A stretch of 64,000 nucleotides of DNA from a virus (lineage: Duplodnaviria > Heunggongvirae > Uroviricota > Caudoviricetes): IMG/VR virus record IMGVR_UViG_3300031873_001030. One strand, 5' to 3'. The notes beneath the pieces were generated by a model. It worked only from the letters and a program-made list of their open reading frames with translations. It did no database searches and was not told where the DNA came from. Below, in pieces: positions 35,983 to 47,100 of the stretch. Every line of letters begins with the position of its first letter. Position 1 is the stretch's first letter. Made by a program: the position numbers and the translations under genes.

Positions 35983-36239
35983 TGAATCGCGTCACATTGT
36001 ACATATTAAAATGCGATAATGGAATGTTTTATACTGGTATTACTAGAGATTTAAAAAAGAGACTTTTTCAGCATAGAAATTGTAAAAGTTCTTCATTTGT
36101 AAAAAGAAGAAATTTAAATTTTGATGTTGTTTATACTGAAACTTTTGGGAATTGGACACTTGCTAGAAAAAAGGAAAAATATTATAAGAAGATGAATAGG
36201 GAAAAATTAAAAAAAATTATAAAGAGTGTGACGCGATGA
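35982..36239 (+). CDS. small GIY-YIG nuclease-superfamily protein, paralogue 2
   Basis: LYILKCDNGMFYTGITRDLKKRLFQHRN; shares KKEKYYKKM..R..LKKII tail with paralogue 1; GGAGG SD. Confidence 0.65.
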   Translation: MNRVTLYILKCDNGMFYTGITRDLKKRLFQHRNCKSSSFVKRRNLNFDVVYTETFGNWTLARKKEKYYKKMNREKLKKIIKSVTR

Positions 36240-36646
36240 ATTCACTTGTGTGGATTTTGTTGATACTTTATGTTCTGATAGGTGTTGGAGTAGCTGTCAG
36301 CAAGAAATGGATAACGAATAGCACGGGTGAGATAAACTTGCAGAATGTGTTGAGGCTGCAGACTTGGACAAGATTGTTTTTCAATCCATGGACTGTTTTG
36401 ATTTTAGCGGTCTCTATAGGATTGTTCGGAGTTTCTATGTGGGTGTTTTCTCTTGAGAAAGCTAACAGTATAATTTTAGTGAGCATGGTTCTTGGATTAC
36501 CAGCTACGTTGTTCAACGTATTCTTGAATAAGAGGATTCTTGGTGAGATTGTGTCATCTTCACAGTACGTTCCAATTTCTATGACTGTTGTCGGTTATAT
36601 GCTGATGATTGCTGGAGTCTGGTATTTCGTTGGAGGGATAAAGTGA
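36236..36646 (+). CDS. small 4-TM membrane protein (SMR/GtrA/ArnE-F-like candidate flippase component)
   Basis: 136 aa with four hydrophobic helices; heads glycosylation cluster. Confidence 0.4.
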   Translation: MNSLVWILLILYVLIGVGVAVSKKWITNSTGEINLQNVLRLQTWTRLFFNPWTVLILAVSIGLFGVSMWVFSLEKANSIILVSMVLGLPATLFNVFLNKRILGEIVSSSQYVPISMTVVGYMLMIAGVWYFVGGIK

Positions 36647-36767
36647 AATTGTCAGATGAAGATAAAAAAGTCTTGAAGGATAAGAAATGGTGGGTTCTTT
36701 TAGCGTTTTCTTTGCTGCTTCTTGGAGTTTTTATATGGTTTGTTAGTTCTCACAGTGGAGCAGGTTT

Positions 36768-37862
36768 ATGAAGATAGCAATTCTATTTGATTTCATAGAA
36801 GGATGTGCGGGTGGAGAGAAGTTGTTAAAATTCCTAGCTCAAAAATATGATGCTGATATTTATACTGGCTATGTGGATTGGGACAATACTTATCCAGAAT
36901 TTAAGAATATGCGTATAACTGTCATAGGAAAAATATCAAAGATTCAGATATTGAAGCAGGAGATGCTGATAAGAAGTTTCAGGAAATTGGATTTGTCTGG
37001 ATATGATAAGATAATATGTCTTGGATTGTATTCAATCTACGCAGCGGAGAACTTTTCTTTGAAGAAAAGTTCACAAAAGAAATCAGAGATAATTTGGTAT
37101 CCTTATGGAGTGAGTCCTTTCTACAAAAAGAGAGCCAATATGGATGATAGTTTTGCTAATCAGAGTTTGATTTGGAAGATAGGTGCTTGGATATTGACGC
37201 AAAGGACTAAAGGATATAATAAAAAGATTGTTCAAAATAATATTGACAGGATAGTGACGATATCCACGTATTCAAGGAAATCTTTCAGGGAATATTATGG
37301 AAGGGATTCTGCTGTGATATCGCCGCCAGTGGATATGGATAAACATTATTGGAAACAAAACAAAGGATACTATCTGATTGTATCAAGGTTGCTTGCTGGA
37401 AAGAGAGTTGACTTGGTGATAGAGGCTTTCAAAAAAATGCCAGACAAGATTCTTTATATCGAAGGGATAGGTCATATGGAAAATAAATTGAAGGAGCTTG
37501 CAAATGGATATGATAATATAAAATTTCTTGGAAGGATTCAGTCTGACAAGCTTCCAGAACTTTATTCTGAATGCATAGCTTTTGTGGGAACTGCTCTATA
37601 TGATGATTGGAGCATGCCTATGGTGGAAGCTTTGGCATCAGGGAAACCTTGCATAGCTGTGAATAAGGGGGCATATCCTGAAATCATAAATGACAGGGTT
37701 GGCATATTGGTTGAAGGGACGCCAGAAGGGATAATTGCAGGTGTGAATAAGATTACTCCAGGAATCGCTGAGAGCATGAAGGATGAGTGCATCAAAAGGG
37801 CAAGAAGATGGGGCATGGTAGAATTTGGAAATAAATGGGATAAGATATGCGAAGTATATTAA
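36768..37862 (+). CDS. GT-B fold glycosyltransferase (GT4 family-like)
   Basis: C-terminal EAFGMP-like region: MVEALASGKPCIAVNKGAYPEIINDRVGILVEG. Confidence 0.7.
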   Translation: MKIAILFDFIEGCAGGEKLLKFLAQKYDADIYTGYVDWDNTYPEFKNMRITVIGKISKIQILKQEMLIRSFRKLDLSGYDKIICLGLYSIYAAENFSLKKSSQKKSEIIWYPYGVSPFYKKRANMDDSFANQSLIWKIGAWILTQRTKGYNKKIVQNNIDRIVTISTYSRKSFREYYGRDSAVISPPVDMDKHYWKQNKGYYLIVSRLLAGKRVDLVIEAFKKMPDKILYIEGIGHMENKLKELANGYDNIKFLGRIQSDKLPELYSECIAFVGTALYDDWSMPMVEALASGKPCIAVNKGAYPEIINDRVGILVEGTPEGIIAGVNKITPGIAESMKDECIKRARRWGMVEFGNKWDKICEVY

Positions 37863-39082
37863 AATGCAGGTCATGTGGTAGTAAAAAATTGATTCCTTTA
37901 CTGTCATTGGGAAATCAATACATATCTAATTTTGTAAAAAAATCTGAAGAGAGGGGAAAGAAGATACCTCTGACTCTTCTGTTGTGTGAAAATTGCAAAT
38001 TGGTGCAGTCGAAATATACAGCGCCTCGGGAATTGCTATATTCAAAGTATTGGTACAAATCTGGGATAAGTTCTACAATCAGGGATGACTTGAAAGATAT
38101 AGTAGATAGTGTGAAAAAATTTGTTGCTTTGGAGAGGAATGACAAAGTGATTGACATAGGTTGCAATGATGGGACTTTGCTGCGGTATTATAAGAATGAT
38201 GTGGTCAAGATAGGATTTGAACCGTCGGATTTGTATAAGGAAGCTGAAGATGGAAATGATTGGATAGTCCATGATTATTTCAGTCTGCATCCCAAAGGGT
38301 TGGGATATGAAAATTTCTTTGATGTCAGGGCAAAAGTTGTGACTGCAATCTCGATGTTCTATGACTTGGATGACCCGAACCAATTTCTTGAGGATGTGAA
38401 AAATATTCTGCATGAGGATGGCATATTTGTCATACAGCAGAATTATCTTGTGTCCATGATGGAGCAGAATGCTTTTGATAACATTGTACATGAGCATCTG
38501 GAATATTATTCATTGTATTCTTTGGAGAAACTTTTGGACAGGCATGGCATGGAAATTTTTGATGTCAAGATAAGCGGCATAAATGGCGGAAGTTTTAGGA
38601 CATACATAAGATTGAAGAAAGGAAATAAAATCCCGTCAAGACGGGATAAATGTTCTTCTTATTCTCTAAAGTCAATGAGAAAAAAAGAAAAACTTTTGAA
38701 GTTGGACAAAAAAGAAATTTATATGAGATTTGGAAAAAGGGTAAAAAAAATAAGAAGAGATTTGAAATCATTGCTGCTAAAGCTGAAAAAACAGAAGAAG
38801 AGCATAGGGATATATGGGGCATCGACAAGGGGAAATACGATTCTCCAATATTGCGGCATAGACAAATCCATAGTTGATTTTGCGACAGACAAGAATCCAG
38901 ATAAATGGGGCAAGCATACAATCACGATGATACCGATAATATCAATAGAAGAATATAGGAAAAGAAAACCAGATGTCCTTCTTGTGATGACTTGGCATTT
39001 CTTTGACGAGATAAAAAAACAGGAAAAAGATTATGAAGGTGTATTCATAATTCCAATGCCTAAGGTGAGGCTAGTAGCATGA
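37847..39082 (+). CDS. C-methyltransferase-like SAM-dependent methyltransferase with N-terminal zinc ribbon
   Basis: N-terminus CRSCGSKKLIPLLSLGNQYISNF plus motif I VIDIGCNDGTLL; architecture of sugar C-methyltransferases (TylCIII-like). Confidence 0.55.
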   Translation: MRSILKCRSCGSKKLIPLLSLGNQYISNFVKKSEERGKKIPLTLLLCENCKLVQSKYTAPRELLYSKYWYKSGISSTIRDDLKDIVDSVKKFVALERNDKVIDIGCNDGTLLRYYKNDVVKIGFEPSDLYKEAEDGNDWIVHDYFSLHPKGLGYENFFDVRAKVVTAISMFYDLDDPNQFLEDVKNILHEDGIFVIQQNYLVSMMEQNAFDNIVHEHLEYYSLYSLEKLLDRHGMEIFDVKISGINGGSFRTYIRLKKGNKIPSRRDKCSSYSLKSMRKKEKLLKLDKKEIYMRFGKRVKKIRRDLKSLLLKLKKQKKSIGIYGASTRGNTILQYCGIDKSIVDFATDKNPDKWGKHTITMIPIISIEEYRKRKPDVLLVMTWHFFDEIKKQEKDYEGVFIIPMPKVRLVA

Positions 39083-39209
39083 TGTTATGGATAAAAATTG
39101 TGATTGGAATTGCATCGTTCATAGTTGCTGCATTCATATTTTTGGTGATTTCTTTCTACTTTCTGATGAAAGAGCTTGAGAAACGGGAAAGGGAGATGGG
39201 GGAATCTCA

Positions 39210-40823
39210 ATGATGGAAATAAAATTTGACCCATATCTGATTGTTTTTATTATCATCGCTCTCGGTGTTTTGGTATTTGAATTGATTGTGACTGTCGGCA
39301 AGCCTCTGGCTTTCGGTGACGAGGCATATCATGCTTACATCGGAAAATATATTGGAACTACGCATACATTTCCAAAGGACCTTCCAGGATTCGGAGGTCT
39401 TTACACGTATTCTCCATTGTTGCATATCATATTGGGTGTGATATATGTATTGCCTTCTGCGTTATGGGTATTGGCAAAGACTGTAGTGCCATTGACTGTT
39501 CTTGTGATAGGGATGTCGATGTTCATTCTTCTGTCGAAATTATATAATAGCAGGCTGGCATTTGTAGCTTCAGTGATAATAATCGCATTGCCGATATTTG
39601 TGACTTATTCAGTTTTGATTTATACTGACATGCTGATGGTATTGTTTTTCTTCCTTTCATTTGCTTTCACATTATTGGCAGATAAATTTGGTAGTAAAAA
39701 ATATTGGTTTCTTGCTGTCGTATTTGCATCTCTTTCTTACTTGTCAAAAACTCCAGGAATAGTGAGTTTCTTGTTCATCGGTGGGTTGCTGGTATATAAA
39801 TTTGCGAAGAAGGAATTGTCTCTGAAACAATTCTTGGCAATATCATTGATATCTATCGGGATTGTGGCAGCATTAGTCGGTTGGTGGTGGGTGAGGAATT
39901 ATGTTGATTTCAAGACGATTGATTGCAATCTTCCTCTTACATTTTTCAACACCGTTATCGGTGTCAAATCAGAATGTTACAATCTGTCGGATGTGATTAC
40001 TAAGGAGAGTGCTGATAAGTTTGCTGGATATGTTGCACCGACTGGTTCGAATCTGGACGTGCTTCATTTTGGATTGAAAGGATTCATGGAATTTGTGTAT
40101 GGAAAAATGTTGTTGGTTCCACTGTTCGTATTTTGTGGAATAATTCTGATGTTGAGAAGGAGAGAACGGAATGACATTTATTTGCTGGTATTATTGCTGC
40201 TGTCTGTATTGCCAGTGATATTTGTAAGTTCTGCAAGAGTGGAGGATGTTGGAAGGTATATAATTCTGTCAACTGTGACTTTTGCCCTGATGTCTGCAGT
40301 TTTTCTTGAGGAGTTTTTCAAGTCAGTGCAAAAGTTTTGGAAATACATACCTGTGTTAATCATCATTGTGATGCTGATATTGTTTTGGCCTGTGTTTAAG
40401 AGCAGGTTGGATACGATGTCACAAGTGAAGACTTTCTCTCCATTGTTCTTTGATGCGTGCGATTGGATAAAAGGAAATACGCCAAATGATGGGATATTCC
40501 TGTCTTTATGGTCAGCTCCTACTGCATATAATTGCGAAAGGACATCAAAATGGAGCACTAATGATTTGCCTGATATTGTACTGAGTCAGAATGTGACGAT
40601 TGTATTGGATGCGTTGGAAAGTGAAAAAATAAATTATATATTCATCCAGAAATTTGCAATGAGCGGTGCTGCATATATAACCATGGTTCCTTACAATTTT
40701 GTAGTATTTCTAGAGAGTAATCCAAATAACTTTCAGAAGGTTTATGAGAATGGACCTTCCTTGAATGATTGTGCGAGTGCTGGCGGATGTGACGGAACTA
40801 TAGTTTATAAAGTGATAAAATGA
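39210..40823 (+). CDS. polytopic membrane glycosyltransferase (GT39/GT83 ArnT/PMT-like or AglB-like)
   Basis: 537 aa, >10 TM helices, first loop FGDEAYHAY (DE motif), large C-terminal soluble domain. Confidence 0.5.
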   Translation: MMEIKFDPYLIVFIIIALGVLVFELIVTVGKPLAFGDEAYHAYIGKYIGTTHTFPKDLPGFGGLYTYSPLLHIILGVIYVLPSALWVLAKTVVPLTVLVIGMSMFILLSKLYNSRLAFVASVIIIALPIFVTYSVLIYTDMLMVLFFFLSFAFTLLADKFGSKKYWFLAVVFASLSYLSKTPGIVSFLFIGGLLVYKFAKKELSLKQFLAISLISIGIVAALVGWWWVRNYVDFKTIDCNLPLTFFNTVIGVKSECYNLSDVITKESADKFAGYVAPTGSNLDVLHFGLKGFMEFVYGKMLLVPLFVFCGIILMLRRRERNDIYLLVLLLLSVLPVIFVSSARVEDVGRYIILSTVTFALMSAVFLEEFFKSVQKFWKYIPVLIIIVMLILFWPVFKSRLDTMSQVKTFSPLFFDACDWIKGNTPNDGIFLSLWSAPTAYNCERTSKWSTNDLPDIVLSQNVTIVLDALESEKINYIFIQKFAMSGAAYITMVPYNFVVFLESNPNNFQKVYENGPSLNDCASAGGCDGTIVYKVIK

Positions 40824-41086
40824 AATCAAAGGAACGGAGATTGCTATTGGCATGTGAAAAGCTGTCTAAGTTAAAACAAGAGGAAAGAGAATTGGAAGAT
40901 AAGTTATATCATGTAAGGATAAAAATTGAAGAATTGTATTATGGGAAGAGGCAAGCAAATGAAATCAGTAAATATTAGGACAGAATCAAAATCAGTGACT
41001 TATGTTTCTTATGAGGATAATCCAGATGAAAAGGAAATGAGAGACTATATTTTGAAGACATTGAACTTTAGAGGTGACTTTCTTTT

Positions 41087-41671
41087 ATGACAGATTTGAG
41101 CAGAGTGATAGAAAATAGCGGGGTAGTGTTGAAATATTGCGAGGGGATTAAGAATCCGAAGATAATAGAATTTGGCGGTGGAAACAATAGGTTGGTGCTT
41201 CCATACAAAGTTGATGAATTGGATTACATAAGATTGAAGAAAGGCGATATGATTGCGGATTTGGAAAAGAGACTTCCGATAAAGAGCAATTCTTATGATA
41301 TCATATTCTCATCATCAGTCTTCGAACATGTGTTCAACATCAAGCAGCTTTTCAATGAATGCCATAGGATACTCAGACCAGAAGGGAAATTGATATGTTT
41401 CATTCCGCATTTTGCATCGTTATCGTCTATACACTTTCTGCATCAGAAATTCTTTTCAACAACATCTTTTGGAGTTCTGACCGAAATTGATACTGATTTC
41501 AATTATGAGTTTAGAGGAAAGTTGTGGAAGATAGTTGAGATGAGAATAACTTGTCCGTTGAAATTCTTGGAGCCATTGATAAACTTGAACCAGAGATTTT
41601 ATGAAGGTACGATACTGAAAAATATAGTTCCTCCACGATTCTTGGTTGTTGTGCTGGAAAAGGTTTTATAA
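41087..41671 (+). CDS. methyltransferase type 11-like protein
   Basis: LPIKSNSYDIIFSSSVFEHV...LRPEGKLICFIP (post-motif I region conserved with 12405 and 42044 genes). Confidence 0.5.
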   Translation: MTDLSRVIENSGVVLKYCEGIKNPKIIEFGGGNNRLVLPYKVDELDYIRLKKGDMIADLEKRLPIKSNSYDIIFSSSVFEHVFNIKQLFNECHRILRPEGKLICFIPHFASLSSIHFLHQKFFSTTSFGVLTEIDTDFNYEFRGKLWKIVEMRITCPLKFLEPLINLNQRFYEGTILKNIVPPRFLVVVLEKVL

Positions 41672-41698
41672 ACTTTGATTACCAATTATTATGACAGC

Positions 41699-41745
41699 GT
41701 ATGGTTAGGTCTGGTTGGATGTGATAAGATAAGGTTTGGTAAGAT
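41699..41745 (+). repeat. GGTNN satellite patch upstream of gene 41764
   Basis: gtatggttaggtctggttggatgtgataagataaggtttggtaag. Confidence 0.55.
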
Positions 41746-42043
41746 AATAAAGAGGTAATGTAAATGGGAATACTTGATATGTTTACGCAATCTGACAGAC
41801 TGAAAAATGTTTTGTTGGGAATTATTAATATGTTGCTTCTTTTGGGAATTTTTCTTCTTGGCCATAATTCTGCGATATGGACAAATGAACAAATACAAAC
41901 ATATTGTTCCATAGATTGGTGCAATGCTTATCGCATGAATACAGGAATTTTCAATACTTCTATCATAACTGGTGTGAATGATACTTTTAATATTTCAGAT
42001 TTAGGTCTGAATCCGAAATTGAATTTTACATTGGTGAATGTAA

Positions 42044-42583
42044 GTGGTAGCTAGAATCTTGAATGTCGGTTGTGGTAATGATACCTATGGAACGGATTTT
42101 ATAGACATGTATCCGATGAGAAAGGAAGTAAGAAGATGCGATATTGAGAATGAGAAGCTTCCATTCAAGGATAATACTTTTGACGAAGTGTATTCTGAAA
42201 ACTTTTTTGAGCATCTGAAAAATCCAAGCAATGTGTTGAAGGAAATGAGAAGAGTGTTGAAGCATGGAGGCAAGCTTGTAGTCATAACAGATAATGCTGG
42301 ATTCTGGGCATTTCATATTGCTGGTGCTACTACTCACTATGGAGGATATGAGAAGAAAAGTTTTGGAAAATTGGACAGGCATTTCGGATTGTTCACCCCT
42401 TGGCATCTGAAAAATCATTTTGAAGATATCGGACTGAAAAATATCATGTATAAATATAGGTTATTGAGAAAGAAAAATCCTTATTGGTATGTGAGAATAA
42501 TTTCAAATGTCATAAGTGTTGTGACTAAGAGAATGGGACAATCGCAGATAAGGATTGAAGGTATTAAACAATTTACCAAATAA
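42044..42583 (+). CDS. class I SAM-dependent methyltransferase (type 11)
   Basis: Motif I ILNVGCGNDTYG; LPFKDNTFDEVYSENFFEHL; LKHGGKLVVITDN. Confidence 0.65.
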   Translation: MVARILNVGCGNDTYGTDFIDMYPMRKEVRRCDIENEKLPFKDNTFDEVYSENFFEHLKNPSNVLKEMRRVLKHGGKLVVITDNAGFWAFHIAGATTHYGGYEKKSFGKLDRHFGLFTPWHLKNHFEDIGLKNIMYKYRLLRKKNPYWYVRIISNVISVVTKRMGQSQIRIEGIKQFTK

Positions 42584-43328
42584 TTTGGTACAATTCAATT
42601 GTTCTATTTGGAAAACCAAAAGAATTTGATGTGTTTACTTCTTCATCATTTTGAGGTTCGATGAAAATTCTACCTTTGTCTGTAGTGTTGAATATTATTA
42701 TTGCATGCCCTATTGTGTAATTTTTCCATTCAATATATACTAAGCCAATACTGATGTGTTGTTTAAGAGAATTTAATATGATGTCTCGACTAAAGTCCCA
42801 ACAATTATAAGTTTCATTATATGTGTTTTCATTTGTCTTATCAGTAGCTATGAAATTTTTCATATCATTATATGTTGGGTCTTGAGAATTTTCATAGAAA
42901 AGGTAGTCATTTAAATTCCACGTATTACGATAGAATGTTGTCAAGTTAGTTGTGTTAAAGACTGATATATTTGTTATGTTCAATACTGTCAAATTAGTTG
43001 TGTTAAAGACTGATATATTTGTTATGTTCAATACTGTCAAATTAGTTGTGTTAAAGACTGATATATTTGTTATGTTCAATGTTGTCAATTCTGTTATGTT
43101 CGTTACGTTTAATACTGTGATATTAGTTATGTTAAGAATTTTGATGTTTGATATCGAACTGTTGACTAAATTTATCTTATCGTCTAAAAGAGTTTTTACA
43201 CTGCTTAGTTCATTTTGTGTGGAAGTTAGACTTTTTTGTATTTCAGATGTTTTTTGAATCTGAAAAATTATTGTAATCAAGGTTGCAATAAAAATTGTGG
43301 AAAAGACGAAGATTGTCTTTGAATCCAT
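42573..43328 (-). CDS. membrane-anchored secreted protein with 16-aa tandem repeats rich in N-glycosylation sequons
   Basis: N-terminal TM IFVFSTIFIATLITIIF; 3x48-bp DNA tandem repeat (42948..43091) encoding NITNISVFNTTNLTVL; C-terminal region with NCWDFS...H (possible Cys-His peptidase-like fold, unverified). Confidence 0.5.
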   Translation of the reverse strand: MDSKTIFVFSTIFIATLITIIFQIQKTSEIQKSLTSTQNELSSVKTLLDDKINLVNSSISNIKILNITNITVLNVTNITELTTLNITNISVFNTTNLTVLNITNISVFNTTNLTVLNITNISVFNTTNLTTFYRNTWNLNDYLFYENSQDPTYNDMKNFIATDKTNENTYNETYNCWDFSRDIILNSLKQHISIGLVYIEWKNYTIGHAIIIFNTTDKGRIFIEPQNDEEVNTSNSFGFPNRTIELYQIIW

Positions 43329-43487
43329 AATTTATCATAGTGTTCGTTGAACTTAAGACAATCGCAGATTCTGCAACATACAGGTTGAGTCTTGTATATA
43401 CGTAGAATCATGTCCTAAACTATATGATTAAGCTTATATATTTCCAAAGCTTAATTACTAATTGTGACCAAATTACATAAAACTTTT

Positions 43488-43503
43488 ATCCCGAAGACGG
43501 GAT
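43488..43503. repeat. ATCCCG-AAGA-CGGGAT hairpin in divergent intergenic region
   Basis: Same ATCCC/GGGAT family with TTTAT flank. Confidence 0.5.
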
Positions 43504-44138
43504 TTAAGAGAAATTTGTTGAATCCTATTTCACAGAGGATGAGTTTTGTATTTCCTGTTTCTTTTTACAGATTGTTGGGAGGCATCAGTATGAAGTACAA
43601 TCGTGATATGACATATATCATGATGGAAGCTGTGAATGAATGGACGATGAAGAGGGAAGGAATAAATCTTGCAGAACTTTCAAACAATGGAAGAAAAATA
43701 AAAATAGGAGGTAGATTGTAAATGGGCGGTGAATCGATAGAAGATAAGATTGCAGGTACGATACCATTAGTCATAACTACTGGAGTTGCTATGAATGTCT
43801 ATGAGAGGACTTTGGGCAGTAGCGGAAAGAAACCGAAGAAAAAGATGGTGAATAAAGTATTTGGTGCGAAGAAAATTTCTTTCGGGAATTCAAAGAAAAA
43901 TGGATTGTATGACTTGTGATGTGAGTTGAAGAAAACATGTCACATGGGGAAAAAAGACAGAGAAGGAAAAAAACTAAGAAGCAAAGGCAAAGAAAAAGGA
44001 TGAAAGAGAGGAGAGACAAAGGGAGGTAATCTATGAATGAGATTGACATCCATGAAATGAATTATTTCATCGACATGGTGTCACCAGCTTATCAAGATGA
44101 GTTGTGAAAAAAATGAGATGCGAAAACAATAGGGGTAA

Positions 44139-47100
44139 TTGCCCAATTTGGAGGGTTTTGTAATGGCAAATAGTATTTTTGGTCAGCCTCAGCCAAATCC
44201 ATTTTCACCAGGCACGACATTGCCGTCATCAAATGTAAGTGTGACGCCAAGTATGCCCATTGGTGGATTGACTGTAGGATTAGGAGGAAGTGGAAATGTT
44301 TATTATGGAGGAGCGCCTGCTGGAGGAGTTGGTCAGACTACAACAACAACTGGAGGTCCTGCGATTTATATTCCTCCACAGGAGACTGCAAAAGCAGCAG
44401 AAAAAACAATAACTCCTGCTTTGATTCCTGAAATAAAACCGCCAACTTTAAAAGTTGGTGTCGGCGGATTGGTAGAAGGTTTGGGAAAATCTGGTAATGT
44501 ATATGAAGGTGGTGTGCTTGTTGGAGGTACTACTCCATGGGGTCCTGTAGTTAAGGAAGGTGGTGTCAGTTATGTCCCAACTGGAAGGACAGCTGAAACT
44601 GGAGAGACAATTTATTCTGGAACTCAGATAAGTTCTGCAACACCTATTGGAACTTTTGTGCCTGCAAAGAGAATTGAAATAACTCCACTGATGCCAGAGA
44701 TTAGTGTACAACCAGCTACAGCTGGTGCTATAGGTCTTTCATTTCCTGCAGGTGTTTTGTCTGTAAAATCTGGTCCAGTTGATGTGAGCAAACTTTCTCC
44801 AGATGTGCAGACTGCGTTGGGAAATCTTCAAGGAAAGGTGCAGGCTGAATATCCAGGATTCAAGCTTGCAAGTTGGACTCGTGAAGGTGATGAGCTGAAA
44901 GGTGTTTTGGAACCTGTGAAGTATGTCTCACTTGGAACTGATGTTACGAAAGCGACTGCTGCCATAAAGGATTTGGGATTGAAAGAAGGTGATTATAAAT
45001 TATATACTGGAATTGGTGGGGATTATCAGCTTGTGACTGATAAGGTGTCAAGCCAGAAATACGTGAGTGGTCTTCTTTCCAGTTATTCAGTTATTCCTAT
45101 AACTGGGTATGGACAGTATAGAGGGTCTGATGAGAGGATTGCATTGAAGTTTCTTGATAAGGAAGGTTATATCAAAGATGGTGTGATAAGCAAAGATGTT
45201 CAAGTGATAGGGGATATAGGAGTAGGAGGAACTGGTGCGATGATAGTTTTAAAGGGAAGTACAAAGAGTTCTGAAGATTTGTCAAAGACTTATTTTTCTT
45301 CCTTGACTGAAGTGCAGAAGGAAGATACTGCGATGGCAAGAGGAGAGTTGCAGATTGCTCAGGAAAAGGAACTTTTGAGACAACCTGGTATGAGTGTTGA
45401 AAAGGGAGCTGCTTGGTGGAATTTGAATGTTGGTCCTTATATGCTTTCTCCAAAGGACCCTCTTGGTCTGAGGAGTGCTTACATAGGAGTTGAAGGTTTG
45501 GTAAAAGGAACTCCTGTCAGTGTCATACAAAAGGACATAGAAGCTAGCAGGCTTTCTGCAGAACAGGAATTTCTTCAGAGAAAATATATGGGAGAGTCTT
45601 GGACTAAATCATTATGGGAAGCTCCTGCAACGCAGCCTTTGAAAGTTGCTGCTACTTGGTATGGCGGTGGTCTTTTGTTGGGAGGTGCTGCTGGAGTTCT
45701 TAAAACTGCTGAAGTAGGTGCTGGTATAGTATCAAAAGCTCCATGGCTTGCAACTACAGGAAGAGTTATTTCAACTGCTGGAAAAGTTGCGACAAGTGTT
45801 CCAGGACAAGTTGTAATTGGTTCAGGATTGTATGGTTTTACTGAAAGAGGAAATATAATGGCACTTGCAAAAGGAGGTGTTCCAAGAGACATTGTTCCTG
45901 GAATGATTTTTGACGCATCACAATTTGGATTTGCATATGGCGGTGCAGCTGCAGGTTTTCCAGTTGGTTATTCTAGAGGTGCTGGATTGGGTTATGCTTT
46001 CAAGCCTGGTGCATTGCCTCCATCTGAAACATTCGTGGCAGAAATCAGAGGGACTGGAGTATCTGGAATTCCAGGTGAATTGCAAGGATTGAAACTTGGG
46101 ACAAGGGTTGCTGGAGAAGTTCCAAAGGGTTTTGTTCCAAAAGGATTTAGTGAAGGTGTTCCTTATAGGGCGTTCTTGCAGGAGGGTGTGACAGTTACAA
46201 GAGCTGGAGAAGTTGTACCTTCTGGGACTTTGATGCCAACTATTGCAGAAATGGAACCTGCAAAACCTTTGATGCAGAGGATTGCCACTGCAATGACAAA
46301 GCCAAGCGAATTGATTCCTAAGATGCTTCCTGGAGGACCTACTGTTGAAGCTCCTTTTCTTGAATCAATCAGATATGGTGAAGAAAAGATAGCGAAAGGA
46401 GGAACTAAGGATATTTATGCTGCAGGTTATCAGCCAGGAACTACAATATGGTCAAGATTGAAGATGCCTGTTGAAGGAGCGCAGTATGGGATTGCTGAAG
46501 GTTTTAAGACTGTTACAGCTGAGAGTCCTCTTGCTTCGTTGACAGAAAAATACACTACAAGGATGGCATTGAGAGCTACTGGCGCTCCTATTGAAGCGGG
46601 AGATGTTGTTCCAGTGAAAATAATGGCAAAGACAGATTTTATTGTAAATGATGAAGGGATAGCTGCGATGTTGAAATCTGGAAAGAATCTTGCAGATATT
46701 GAAAAATTGAAAGGTGCTGATATAATACAGCGTGATATTGAATTTGCAGATAAGCCTGCTGTAAGGTACACTAGATTTATTGATAAGGAAACTGGAAAAT
46801 CTTTGGTTGTGTTGAAGCAGACTGCAGCTCCTACAATAGAGGAAGTTGTTGCTTTGGCAGAGGAAGGAAAGACTTTGATAAAACCTGAATATGTTGGAGG
46901 AAAGGTTGCAGGCTATAGTATAAGAGGTACTGAAATAGTTGGAGAGGGGAAAGAATTTGCAGGAGGAGTGCGTTATAAAAAGGGTGTTGAAGTAGTTGGT
47001 AAGGAACAAGTGACAGGAATAGCTCTTGATGATAAGACATTTAACGCATTGATGGATAAATATGGAAACAAGATATTGAGGGTTTCATCTCCGACAACTG

